Of a stretch of 53,688 bases of DNA, positions 20,379 through 30,495 are shown in pieces. The translations under genes and the position numbers were made by a program. The DNA lies in assembly GCA_964445265.1 (NCBI GenBank), contig CAYUPU010000002.1, forward strand, positions 1 through 53,688, written 5' to 3'. Position 1 is the stretch's first letter. Every line of letters begins with the position of its first letter. A model generated the notes under the pieces. The model had not been told where the DNA came from. It made no database searches and saw only the letters and a list, made by a program, of their open reading frames with translations. The stretch is from an uncultured Methanomassiliicoccales archaeon. Lineage in GTDB: Archaea; Thermoplasmatota; Thermoplasmata; Methanomassiliicoccales; Methanomethylophilaceae.

Positions 20379-20690
20379 TCCGCTCGTCCTTCGCGAGAAG
20401 CGATTCGACGAGCTCTCCGCACACGAGCTGTGCGCGATACTCCGTCTGCAGAGCGAGGTGTTCGCGGTGGAGCAGGACAGCGCCCATCCGGATCCGGACA
20501 GGGCGGACTCCCGGCCGTGCACCTGTGGCGGGATGGCGCTGACGGCATCGCGGCGTACGCCAGGGTCATCCCCGCCGGCGTGACGACATCCCTGCCATAG
20601 GCAGGGCGATCGCAGCGAGGCGCGGCGCCGGCCTGGAGACCAGGATCATGAAGGAGATCATCGCGCCCCGGGGCGCGATGCCCCTCCCCG
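20362..20690 (+). pseudogene. Decayed ElaA-like GNAT acetyltransferase
   Basis: Pieces in three frames: FDELSAHELCAILRLQSEVFAVEQ / VHLW..IAAYARVIPAG / IGRAIAARRGAGLETRIMKE. C-terminus missing; end approximate. Confidence 0.75.
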
Positions 20691-20753
20691 AACGAGGGGC
20701 CGCCCTCCGCGAGGAGGGCATTACTTATTCTACCGCTTCGTCATCACGCGGGC

Positions 20754-22238
20754 ATGCCAGGTTTCGACAACGACCTCTATCTGCGCATGCAGTCCGAGCA
20801 CATACGTCAGCGCATCGAGAGGTCGGGAGGGAAGCTGTATCTCGAGTTCGGCGGGAAGCTGTTCGACGACTACCATGCATCGAGGGTCCTCCCCGGGTTC
20901 ATGCCGGACAGCAAGATACGCATGCTGATGGAGTTCGGGGATCAGGCCGAGGCGATAATCGCCATAAGCGCCGAGGACATCGTCCATAACAAGGTCCGCA
21001 AGGATTTCGGCGTGGGCTACGACATGGAGGCCCTCAGGCTGGTGGACTCGTTCCACGACAGGGGGATTCCCGTCTGCGGCATAGTCATCACCAGATACAA
21101 CGGGCAGGCGCCGGCGGACGAGTTCAAGAGGAAGGCCGAGGCCATGGGGTTGAAGGTCTACCGCCACTACCCGATCCCGGGGTACCCGTCCAATGTGAAG
21201 CTCATAGCATCGGACGAGGGGTACGGGAGGGACGAGTTCGTGGAGACCACCCGCCCCCTGGTCGTGGTCACCGCGCCCGGACCGGGCAGCGGCAAGATGG
21301 CCGTATGCCTGTCGCAGCTGTACAACGAGAACAAGAGAGGGGTTTCCGCAGGATACGCCAAGTTCGAGACCTTCCCCATATGGAACCTTCCTCTGAACCA
21401 TCCGGTGAACATAGCCTACGAGGCGGCCACTCTGGACCTGAAGGATGTGAACATGATCGACCCGTTCCATCTCGAGGCCTACGGGGAGACGTGCGTGAAC
21501 TACAACAGGGACATCGAGATCTTTCCCGTCCTGAACGCCATTCTGGACGGGATATACGGGGAGTCCCCGTACAGGTCGCCCACGGACATGGGGGTCAACA
21601 TGGCCGGGAACTGCATCATCGACGATGCGGCCGTCGGCAAGGCGGCCCGGAACGAGATCTCCAGAAGGTATTTCGGGGTCCTGAGGGACCGCAGGGAGGG
21701 CAGGGCGGACGACGACGACGTCCTCCGCGCCGAGGCCCTGATGAAGAGGGCCGGGATGACGCCCGAGAGCAGGGGGACCGTGGTCACAGTCAGGAGGTTC
21801 ATGGCCGAGTCGGACCGGCCGGTCGTGTGCGCGGAGCTTCCGGACGGCAGACTGGTCACCGGCAGGGCTTCCGCCCTATTGACCGCGTCGTCCGCCATGC
21901 TGATCAATGCATTGAAGGTCCTGGCCGGGATAGATGATGCGACCCCGCTCATATCGCCCGAGATGATCAGGTCCATGCAGAAGCTCAAGATGGACTATCT
22001 GGGCAACAGGAATCCCCGCCTGCACACGGACGAGCTCCTGGTAGCTCTGGCCATCGTGGCCGAGTCCAGCACGGCCGTCGGGGAGGCCCTGGACAGGATC
22101 CCCGACCTCAGGGGGAGCGACGTCCACTCGTCGGTGGTCATCTCCGCGGTGGACGAGGGCGTGTTCAAGAAGCTCGGAATGTACGTCTCCACGGAGCCCC
22201 AGCACCAGACCAAGTGCCTCTTCCATTGGGGCGACTGA
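20754..22238 (+). CDS. DUF1846 (UPF0371) family protein
   Basis: KLYLEFGGKLFDDYHASRVLPGF, APGPGSGKMA, YAKFETFPIWNLPL, SPTDMGVNMAG. Confidence 0.92.
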   Translation: MPGFDNDLYLRMQSEHIRQRIERSGGKLYLEFGGKLFDDYHASRVLPGFMPDSKIRMLMEFGDQAEAIIAISAEDIVHNKVRKDFGVGYDMEALRLVDSFHDRGIPVCGIVITRYNGQAPADEFKRKAEAMGLKVYRHYPIPGYPSNVKLIASDEGYGRDEFVETTRPLVVVTAPGPGSGKMAVCLSQLYNENKRGVSAGYAKFETFPIWNLPLNHPVNIAYEAATLDLKDVNMIDPFHLEAYGETCVNYNRDIEIFPVLNAILDGIYGESPYRSPTDMGVNMAGNCIIDDAAVGKAARNEISRRYFGVLRDRREGRADDDDVLRAEALMKRAGMTPESRGTVVTVRRFMAESDRPVVCAELPDGRLVTGRASALLTASSAMLINALKVLAGIDDATPLISPEMIRSMQKLKMDYLGNRNPRLHTDELLVALAIVAESSTAVGEALDRIPDLRGSDVHSSVVISAVDEGVFKKLGMYVSTEPQHQTKCLFHWGD

Positions 22239-22314
22239 ACATCCCGTCCGCGCACCGCTCCTGTGCCGCGGACGGATAAAATGGTTTGGGCGGGGGCGTC
22301 GCCCCCGCATTTCA

Positions 22315-25263
22315 TCACTCGATCGGCGTTATGCCGATCGAGACCTTCTTCCCGGTGAACTCCCAGTCCTTGACCTCGGTCCCGGCGGGTTCCGTCGCGA
22401 AGGACAGGGTCTTCGCCCTGACCTCGTTGGAGATGTGGTCGCTCCAGGTCCCCAGCAGCTCGGCCATCCTGGGCTCGGCGGCGATGGTGCAGTCGATGAA
22501 CTGCTCGACGTTGAGCTTCAGGTCCTTGCGCATCTGCTGGATCCTCCTGATTACCTCCCTGGCGTAGCCCTCCGCCTCGATCTCCGGGGTGACCGTGAAG
22601 TCTATGAACAGGGTTCCCTCGTCGAACGGCACGGGCTCCATGGACCCCGCCGAGGGGATCTCGTCCTTGCCGAGGTAGACCAGGCTCTTGGTGTTGGCCT
22701 GCGCGGCGAGGACGCCGTCGAATCTCTTCACGGCCCTGTTGACGTCCGCGTCGTTCCCGCGGATGAAGATCTGGAGCAGGGGCCACCTGAGCTTCGAGGC
22801 GTTCTTGGCCCTCTCGGCCGCGACGACGTCGACGATGTTCTGCACCAGCGCGGTGCTGTGCTCGATGTCGTCGTCCACGAGCGACGGGTCCGCGACGGGC
22901 CAGTCCTCCATGTGGACGGACTCCTTCTCGCCGCCCATGTGCTGGTAGATCTCCTCCGCTATGTGCGGGGCGATGGGGGCGAGCACAAGGTCGGTGCTCA
23001 TGATGGCGTACCACAGGGTGTAGTACATGGCCTCCTTGTCCTTCTGCTGGTCCGCGGACTCGGACCAGGACCTGTCCCTTACGAGGCAGACGTACCATCT
23101 GGAGAGGTCTTCCATGATGTAGTCCGTCATCGTGCGGGCGAGCTTGTGGAGCTCCCTGGATTCGAGGAACTCGGTCGCGGCGGAGATCATCCTCTGGGTC
23201 CTGGAGACCATCCAGCGGTCCTCGTCCCTCATGAAGGGGGCGACCTCGGCCAGCGTGTGCCGGGATGGATCGTAGCCGTCGATCAGCATGTACGTGTCCG
23301 CGAAGTTGACCACGTTCCAGAAGGTGTTCAGGACCTTCCTGGCGTTCTTCGGTCCGTCCTTCTGGAAGGCCGTGTCCTCCCAGGGGGCGTTGGTCATGAT
23401 CAGGTAGTACCTGAGCGAGTCCGCTCCGACCTGGTCTATGACCTCCAGGGGCTCGATGACGTTGCCCAGGGACTTGGACATCTTCTGTCCCTTGGGATCC
23501 AGTACCCATCCGTGCATCATGACCTCGTCGTAGGGCGCACGGTCGAAGGATATCACGCCGGCTCCCAGCTGGGAGTAGAACCATCCGCGGGTCTGGTCGT
23601 GGGCCTCCACTATGAATCTGGGGGGCCACCACTTGTCGAACTCGTCCTTCCTCCTCGGATAGCCGAGATCGGCCCAGGACGCCACTCCCGAATCGAACCA
23701 GACGTCCAGGACGTCCGGGATCCTGCGCATGGTCCTGCCGCACTCGGGGCACTTGAACGTGACTCCGTCGATCCAGGGGCGGTGCGTGTCCATCCCCTCG
23801 GTGTAGCCGTCGCCCTCCTTGAGCTCCTCATACTGGCCGACGACCCTCCTGTTGCCGCACTCGCACTCCCAGACGGGCATGGGGATGCCCCAGTACCTCT
23901 GCCTGGAGATGCACCAGTCCCTGGCGCCCTCGACCCAATTCCTCTCCCTGGTGGCTCCGGCCCAGTCGGGGACCCACTTGACGCGGTCGATCTCCTCGAG
24001 CATCTCGTCCTTGACGTCGGGGACGGTGACGAACCACTGGCGGGTGTTCCTGTAGATGATGGGCGACTTGCATCTCCAGCAGTGTCCGTATCTGTGCTTG
24101 ATCTTCCCGACGTTGAAGATCCGCCCGCTCTCGGTCAGTATCCTGACGACATCGTCGGCGACGGTCTTGACCTTCTTCCCCGTCATCGGGGGGAACTCGT
24201 CGGTGTACCTTCCGGCCTCGGACACTGGGCAGAACGGCGGTATGCCGTAGCGCTTCCCGGTCTCGTAGTCGTCCGGACCGTGGCCGGGGGCCGTGTGGAC
24301 CAGTCCGGTGTTGTCGTTCTCGACGTAGTCGGCGGTGACGACCCTCCAGGACCACTCCGTCCTCGGAGCGGCCTCGACCTCGAACGGAGGCATGTAGCGG
24401 AGGCCTTCCAGGTCCTTCCCCTTCATCCTCTCGAGGACCTCGAAGGACTCGTATCCGCCCTTCTGCATGACGTATTCGGCCTGGGCCTCGAGGATGATCA
24501 CGTCCTCCTCGCCCTTGGCGCCCCTCATCCTGACGCGGGCGTAGTCCAGTTCGGGGTGGACGGCGACAGCCATGTTGGCGGCGAGGGTCCAAGGGGTGGT
24601 GGTCCAGATGAGCAGGGACGCGGTGCCGTCCTCCAGCGGGAATCTGACCATGACGGACGGATCCGTCTCGTCCCAGTACTCGATCTCGGCCTCGGCGAGG
24701 GCGGTCTCGCATCTGGGGCACCAGGTGACGACCCTGCTGGCAGGCTTCAGCAGACCCTTCTCGTCGGCCCTGCTGAGCGTCCACCATGCGGACTCCAGAT
24801 AGTCCAGGTTGATGGTCTGGTACGGCTTGTCCCAGTCCATCCACACGCCGAGCTGCTTGAACTGCTCGGTCATGTCCTTGTGGAAGTCCAGGGCGAACTC
24901 CTTGCAGGTGTTGACGAACTTGTCTATCCCGAGGGCCTCGATGTCCTTCTTGGAGTGGACGCCGATGTTCTTCTCGACCTTGACCTCGATGGGGAGGCCG
25001 TGCATGTCGAACCCGGGCTGGTCGCGGACGTTGTATCCGCACATCCTCCAGTATCTGATGAGGATGTCCTTGACGGTCTTGTTCATGGCCGTGCCCAGGT
25101 GGATGGCCCCGGTGGTGTAGGGAGGCCCGTCGACGAAGTAGAACCTCTCCCCGCTCTCGCGGAGCTCCTTCGTCTTGCGGTAGGCGTCGGTCTCTCTCCA
25201 GTACTGCTGGACATCCTTCTCGATGCCCTTGGCATCATAATTGGCGCGGATCTGCTTTATCAT
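22315..25263 (-). CDS. ileS: Isoleucine--tRNA ligase
   Basis: DGPPY..GAIHLG, WTTTPWT, DWCISRQRYWG, DQTRGWF, KMSKS. Confidence 0.98.
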   Translation of the reverse strand: MIKQIRANYDAKGIEKDVQQYWRETDAYRKTKELRESGERFYFVDGPPYTTGAIHLGTAMNKTVKDILIRYWRMCGYNVRDQPGFDMHGLPIEVKVEKNIGVHSKKDIEALGIDKFVNTCKEFALDFHKDMTEQFKQLGVWMDWDKPYQTINLDYLESAWWTLSRADEKGLLKPASRVVTWCPRCETALAEAEIEYWDETDPSVMVRFPLEDGTASLLIWTTTPWTLAANMAVAVHPELDYARVRMRGAKGEEDVIILEAQAEYVMQKGGYESFEVLERMKGKDLEGLRYMPPFEVEAAPRTEWSWRVVTADYVENDNTGLVHTAPGHGPDDYETGKRYGIPPFCPVSEAGRYTDEFPPMTGKKVKTVADDVVRILTESGRIFNVGKIKHRYGHCWRCKSPIIYRNTRQWFVTVPDVKDEMLEEIDRVKWVPDWAGATRERNWVEGARDWCISRQRYWGIPMPVWECECGNRRVVGQYEELKEGDGYTEGMDTHRPWIDGVTFKCPECGRTMRRIPDVLDVWFDSGVASWADLGYPRRKDEFDKWWPPRFIVEAHDQTRGWFYSQLGAGVISFDRAPYDEVMMHGWVLDPKGQKMSKSLGNVIEPLEVIDQVGADSLRYYLIMTNAPWEDTAFQKDGPKNARKVLNTFWNVVNFADTYMLIDGYDPSRHTLAEVAPFMRDEDRWMVSRTQRMISAATEFLESRELHKLARTMTDYIMEDLSRWYVCLVRDRSWSESADQQKDKEAMYYTLWYAIMSTDLVLAPIAPHIAEEIYQHMGGEKESVHMEDWPVADPSLVDDDIEHSTALVQNIVDVVAAERAKNASKLRWPLLQIFIRGNDADVNRAVKRFDGVLAAQANTKSLVYLGKDEIPSAGSMEPVPFDEGTLFIDFTVTPEIEAEGYAREVIRRIQQMRKDLKLNVEQFIDCTIAAEPRMAELLGTWSDHISNEVRAKTLSFATEPAGTEVKDWEFTGKKVSIGITPIE

Positions 25264-25366
25264 CGCATTCCCTCGAATCCTCCGGGATTTATCTTCACCC
25301 GGGGCGGCTTCGGGCGTCCATGATGGTGTCTCTAATAAAGGTTGGGCAGGCGCGACGGATACTCGA

Positions 25367-26062
25367 TCGCAGGCCGAGGATGTACCTTATGGCCTCGTTG
25401 GCGAGCGTCATGCCCATGACGGCCGGCACGGTTGGCATGGATCCAAGGACGGACTTCCCGTGCTCGTCCCTCCCGTCCCCGGTGCGGATCGGCGGTTCGA
25501 TGTTGTAGACACAGGTGATGCGCGAAGCGTCGAACCCTCTCATGCCATTCCTGACGGCCGCCGCCACCGGGCACACCCGGGTCTCGGACAGGGGCCCCAC
25601 CCTGACGGTCGTGACGTCCATGTGGCGGGCGGCTCCCATGGAGGAGAACGTCCTGATGCCCTTCTCAGAGGCGGCCTGGAGCAGCTGGATCTTGCATCTT
25701 ACGGTGTCTATGGCGTCGATGAGAACGTCGAAGTCCCCCTCGAGGATGCCGGGTATGGTGGATCCGTCCACATGGAGCCTCATGGGGACGATGTCTATGT
25801 CCGGATTGATGGATCTCGCCCTCTCGCAGGCCACGTCCGCTTTTGGCCTGCCGACAGTCCCGGTGGTCGCGAGTATCTGGCGGTTGATGTTGCTGGCCGA
25901 GAACTCGTCCCCGTCGACCGTGCGGATCTTGCCGAACCCGGCCCTCACGAGCCCCTCCAGCGCATACCCTCCGACGGCGCCGTTCCCGACGACGATGGCG
26001 GACGCCCTTCCGATCCTCTCGACCCCGTCCTCTCCGATGAGCAGGGAGGTCCTCTCGCTCAT
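25367..26062 (-). CDS. tcdA: ThiF-family tRNA threonylcarbamoyladenosine dehydratase-like protein
   Basis: RTSLLIG, VGNGAVGGY, SNINRQ, DAID..K, SSMGAA, CP. CGA 25367-25369; standard-code end is 25295. Confidence 0.8.
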
Positions 26063-26772
26063 GCCCTCCATCCGACCGTCCTCTCCGCGTTCATGGCCGA
26101 CAGCTCTAAAAGATGTTCCGGGGAGGTGCCGGTCGCCTCCGACAGGCGGTCCGCGAACCAGGACATCCCAGCGAAGCCGCGGGGGGAGTACGGCGCATCG
26201 GATTCCAGCAGGAGTGCGTCGCCCGGGATCGAGTCCAGCAGCCTCTCCACCCTCCTGTCGGAGCGGGCGAGGATGCGTGGATTCACGGACAGCATGCATC
26301 CTAGGTCCAGGAACGGGCCGGCGTAGCTCTCGCTGGAGAACGAGTGCATGATCACCGGGATCCCGGGGCGGATATCGCGCAGCATGTCGAGCACTTGCTT
26401 CTCGCAGCCGACATCGTGGATCTGCACGGGACGCCCCATCTCCGCCGCGATCTCCATCTGCTCCCTGAACGCGGCGATCTGCACGGACGGGTCCCCGCGC
26501 TTGGCGTCCAGCCCTATCTCGCCCACTCCCGCCGCCGGATCGTTCTCCAGATAGGACCTCAGCGCCGCGCGGGCCTCGCCGCTCCATTCCCCGGCGTGCC
26601 ACGGGTGGACGCCGTAGAATCTCGTCACGCGGGCGTCCGCCAGATCGCGGAGGCCCGCCCATTCGGACATGCGGGATGAGCATCCCAGGACGCGGACGGC
26701 GTCCGTGTAGTCCGAATAGGGGACGGCGATGTCCGCCGGATGGGCGTGCGCATCGGAGAACATGCGTGCCAT
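26059..26772 (-). CDS. tatD: TatD-family hydrolase
   Basis: DAHAH, GVHPW, VGEIGLD, HSFS, LLESDAP. Confidence 0.9.
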   Translation of the reverse strand: MARMFSDAHAHPADIAVPYSDYTDAVRVLGCSSRMSEWAGLRDLADARVTRFYGVHPWHAGEWSGEARAALRSYLENDPAAGVGEIGLDAKRGDPSVQIAAFREQMEIAAEMGRPVQIHDVGCEKQVLDMLRDIRPGIPVIMHSFSSESYAGPFLDLGCMLSVNPRILARSDRRVERLLDSIPGDALLLESDAPYSPRGFAGMSWFADRLSEATGTSPEHLLELSAMNAERTVGWRA

Positions 26773-26819
26773 GGCATCCTCATGGGGATGCCCCGTTAAG
26801 ATGTTCCGCATCCGGTCTA

Positions 26820-26863
26820 TTAGGCTCGCCTAAACCTTTTATACCAAATTTAGGATATCCTCA
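26820..26863. promoter_or_regulatory. Two TTAGG-N4-CCTAA-type palindromes flanking a TATA box (DtxR/MntR-type operator candidate)
   Basis: TTAGGCTCGCCTAA (26820-26833), TTTTATA (26837-26843), TTAGGATATCCTCA (26850-26863). Confidence 0.6.
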
Positions 26864-26868
26864 TTACC

Positions 26869-27543
26869 ATGAGGTCGGACGGAATCGCCAACGCCAACTG
26901 CGGAAGAGGACTTTCCGACAACAAGACAGAGATCCATGAGCCAGCCTGCCCCATATTAGAGACATGCCCTGGGCAGGCGGAAACCTCCGTGCCCGATCTG
27001 CGGTGCTGCGTCGTCCGCCACTGTTCGCCGACTCTGGCGGGTCTGAAGTGCGGGAGCATGTTCAGAGTGGGGTCCGACCTTCATGGTATTCGCGATCAGC
27101 TGTCCGATCTGGAGCTGGAGCTCGGGCCGTGCGGCATCGAGGTCGCGGTCATCCGCACCGAGCCCGCCGCCGTCCTGTTGTACGTCTACCGCCCTGGGAT
27201 GCTGGACGCCCTGCTATCCGATCCGGATATAGTGGAGTTCATGGCGGGATACGGCTACGAGCCAGGCTCCCCTGTTGGAATGGTCGCACAGCTCACTGCC
27301 CGTTTCGCGCTGTGTCCCTCGATGCCCCCCGAGGTCGGCATATTCCTGGACTATCCGCTGGAGGACGTCAGGGGATACATCGAGAACGAGGGTCGCTGCT
27401 GCAGGTGCATCGGGTGCTGGAAGGTCTACGGGGACGTCGAGAGCGCCGAGAGGCGCTTCAGGTCCTTCAAGGAGTGCAGCAGCATCTACCGTCGCATGTA
27501 CGAGAGCGGATGCGGCCTCTCGCATCTGGCCGTGAAGGTCCGA
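26869..27543 (+). CDS. DUF3793 family protein
   Basis: HCSPTLAGLK, LLYVYR, PPEVGIFLDYPLEDVRGYI, GCWKVY. CGA 27541-27543; the standard-code ORF runs on through fen antisense to 28353. Confidence 0.88.
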
Positions 27544-27551
27544 CGGCATCC

Positions 27552-28580
27552 TCGGAACCAGGCGTCCAGGGACTTCTGCTTGCGCCTGTCCGACTCCGCC
27601 TTCCTGGCGGTGGCCATCTTCTCGAGCACGGTCCTGACGCGGTCCTCGGAGAACCCGTATTCCGTCATCATGTCTAGCACGCCCTCGGTGTCCACGGGAC
27701 CCGGCCTTATGCTGTATTCGTCGGATGTCGGACCCTCCAGGAATATCCTCCTGACGTCCTCGTATCCCGGGACGTCGTATCCCGTGGCCTCGATGACCCT
27801 CTCCAGGGTTCCGTGCTTCTGTATCAGCTTCAGGCCCTTCTTGGGACCTATCCCCGGTACGCCGGGGTTGAAGTCGGTGCCGATCATGATGCACACGTCG
27901 ACGAGCTGCTCCCTGGTGATCCCCAGGTCCCCGAGCATCTTCTCCGAGTCTATGATCTCGGGCGTCACGGTCCTGTACACGTTCTTCCCAGGCATCTTGC
28001 GCCTGCCGGACACGGTGAGGTTCCTGAGGAGGAGGGGGGCACCGAACAGGAGCGAGTCGAAGTCCTGGGATGCGGCCGCGTACACGTCGCCGCGCCGGCA
28101 CATGTACGCGCCCTGGGCCTCTCCGTCGCTGGGGGCCTGGACCACAGGTATCCCCATGAGGCCGAGGAGCCTCTTGGAGGACTCCAGTATCTCGGGCGTC
28201 ATCCTCGATGTCTGCTGGGCCTTGGAGAACGCCCTTTCGAGGTCCCCGTGCTCCAGGGCCTCCCTGTACTCCGCCTCGGCCTTCTCCCTCCTGGCGATGC
28301 GCTCGCCTATCGTTCCGGCCTTGAGGGCGTTGGCCTTGCCGTCGAAGACGTAGGACGGTTCAATCCCGTTCTCTATGAGGTTGGCCGTCCTGTAGAGGAG
28401 GCCGGAGAGCTGGGACGTGGTCCTCCCCTGCTCGTCGCACAGGGGCCTGCCGTCCGGCTGGCGGATGATCGACAGGAACTGGAATATTGTGTTGTAGGCG
28501 TCCACCGCGACGGATCTGCCGCGGAGGTCGGAGAGCTCGACGGGGACGGCCTCGGCGATCGGGGACAGGTTAACTCCCAT
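27552..28580 (-). CDS. fen: Flap endonuclease 1
   Basis: MGV, VDAYN..QFLSIIRQPDG, APSDGEAQ, SQDFDSLLFG, GTDFN.G..GIGPK; terminal PIP box QKSLDAWF followed by CGA (27552-27554). Standard-code end is TAG at 27486. Confidence 0.97.
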
Positions 28581-28581
28581 A

Positions 28582-29244
28582 TCGGCACCCCTTCCGCCCG
28601 AGGGCCTTCCAGGACGCTATGGTCGGGGACATGTCCTCCTGCTTGAACAGGAACGATCCCGCCACCAGGACGTCGGCGCCCGCATCGACGCAGATCCTCG
28701 CGGTCTCGTCGTTGATACCGCCGTCGACGGAGATCAGGAGGGAGGGGTTGTGCTCCTCCGCCCAGGCCCTGGCGCGGGAGATCTTGGAGACGCACTCAGG
28801 TATGAACGACTGTCCTCCGAACCCCGGATGGACGGTCATCACGAGGACGATGTCCGCCAGAGGGAGCCATCCGTCCAGCATCTCGTCCGGGGTCTCGGGG
28901 TTTATGGATATCCCCGCCCTGAGCCCTCTCTCCCTGATCCTCTCCACGGCCGCGCGGACGTTCCCGCCGGCCTCCATATGCACGGTGATGGCATCGCACC
29001 CGGCATCCGCGAAGTCGTCCACATAGCGGACGGGGTCCTCGATCATGAGGTGGGCGTCGAAGAGCTTGCCCGAGCATCCCCTCACGGCCTTGACCACCGG
29101 CGGTCCGAACGTTATGTTGGGGACGAATGCGCCGTCCATGACATCGAGGTGTATCCAGTCGGCGCCGGAGGCGTCCGCGCGGGCGACCTCCTCGCCTAGT
29201 CTGGAGAAGTCTGCGGAGAGTATGGACGGGGAGATCAGCGTCAT
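28582..29244 (-). CDS. rpe: Ribulose-phosphate 3-epimerase
   Basis: SPSILSADF, HLDVMDGAFVPN, MTVHPGFGGQ, VDGGIN. CGA 28582-28584 lies one nt before the fen ATG; standard-code end is 28570. Confidence 0.96.
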
Positions 29245-29356
29245 CGGCCTTGCATGTCCCCCGTCGTAGTTATCGGTTGCCGTCGCCGGGGCGGGTGACG
29301 GCCGGAGGCGCTTCGCGCTCGAACCTGTTATCTACCCTCCCGCCCTTCTCCGTGGC

Positions 29357-29572
29357 ATGGAGCCAGCAAAGCACAAGACGAAGACGGAGATCTGCGACGT
29401 CGACGGCTGCGACAAGCCCGCCGAGCGCTCGTTCAACATAAAGCAGGTCAGCCGCTCCAAGTTGGTACTGAAGTCCTCCGATCTCCGCAGCGTCCACCTA
29501 TGCAAGGACCACTACAAGGAGTACAAGAAGGACACGAAGAAGGACAGGGCGCTCGATCAGGTCTACGACTGA
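29357..29572 (+). CDS. Small basic zinc-finger-like protein
   Basis: CDVDGC...LCKDH; host-like codons; TGATG overlap with rnz. Confidence 0.75.
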   Translation: MEPAKHKTKTEICDVDGCDKPAERSFNIKQVSRSKLVLKSSDLRSVHLCKDHYKEYKKDTKKDRALDQVYD

Positions 29573-30495
29573 TGGAGCTCCTGTTCCTGGGGACGTCGGC
29601 CGCCGTCCCTTCCAGAGAGCGGTCGACATCCTGTGTAGCCGTCCGCGACGGACAGGACATAGTCCTTCTAGACTGCGGGGAGGGGGCGCAGCGCCAGATG
29701 ATGGCGTCCCCGTTCTCGTTCATGAGGATACGCGCAGTGCTGATATCGCATCTGCATGGCGACCACGTGTTCGGCCTTCCGGGCCTGCTGCAGACCATGG
29801 GCCTGTCGGACCGGCGGGACCCCCTGGTGGTATGCGGGCCGCCCGGGCTCAAGGGATACCTCGAGGCGTCCATGTCGTTCACGGAGGGCGAGACGACGTA
29901 TCCGGTGGAGATCGCGGAGCTGTCCGGCGGGGAGTGGCTGGATGTGAGGCGGTTCCGCATCGGCTGCTTCCGGACGGAGCACGGGATAAGCTCCCTGGGC
30001 TATGTCATCAGAGGTCCCGACTCCCCGGGGAGGCTGGACCACAGGAGGGCTCTGGAGCTCGGCATCAGGGACGGTCCGGACATGGCCCGTCTCAAGAACG
30101 GGGAGACCGTGAACGGCGTCTCGCCGGAGCAGGTCATCGGGCCCGTGATCCCGGGGTTCACGGTCGCGTACACGGGGGACACCCGTCCGTGCGACCGTAC
30201 GGTCGAGAGCGTCCGCGGAGCGGACGTCCTGATCCATGAGGCCACCTACACGTCGGCGGAGTCCGATAACGCCAGGGAGCACAACCACAGCACCGCCCTC
30301 CAGGCGGCGGAGGTGGCTCGCGCCGCGGGCGTGGGGCATCTCATCCTGACGCATATAAGCAACCGCTACGACGACCGGTCGGTCCTGGAGTCCGAGGCCC
30401 GCGCGGTCTTCCCGGAGTCGTACGTCGCCGACGACATGCGGATGTACACCGTCCTCAGGAGCGGCATAAGGCTGGAGACGCCGCAGGTCAGACGA
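29572..30495 (+). CDS. rnz: Ribonuclease Z
   Basis: FLGTSAAVPS, LDCGEG, SHLHGDH, YTGDT, HEAT, HST, THISNRY. CGA 30493-30495, with TGA ending at 30501. Confidence 0.96.

Noticed and set aside
22435-25323. Long antisense or alternate-frame ORFs (also 13981..16197, 31134..32417, 35168..36796, 38027..39409)
   Set aside because: Shadow ORFs of GC-rich genes; no family motifs.
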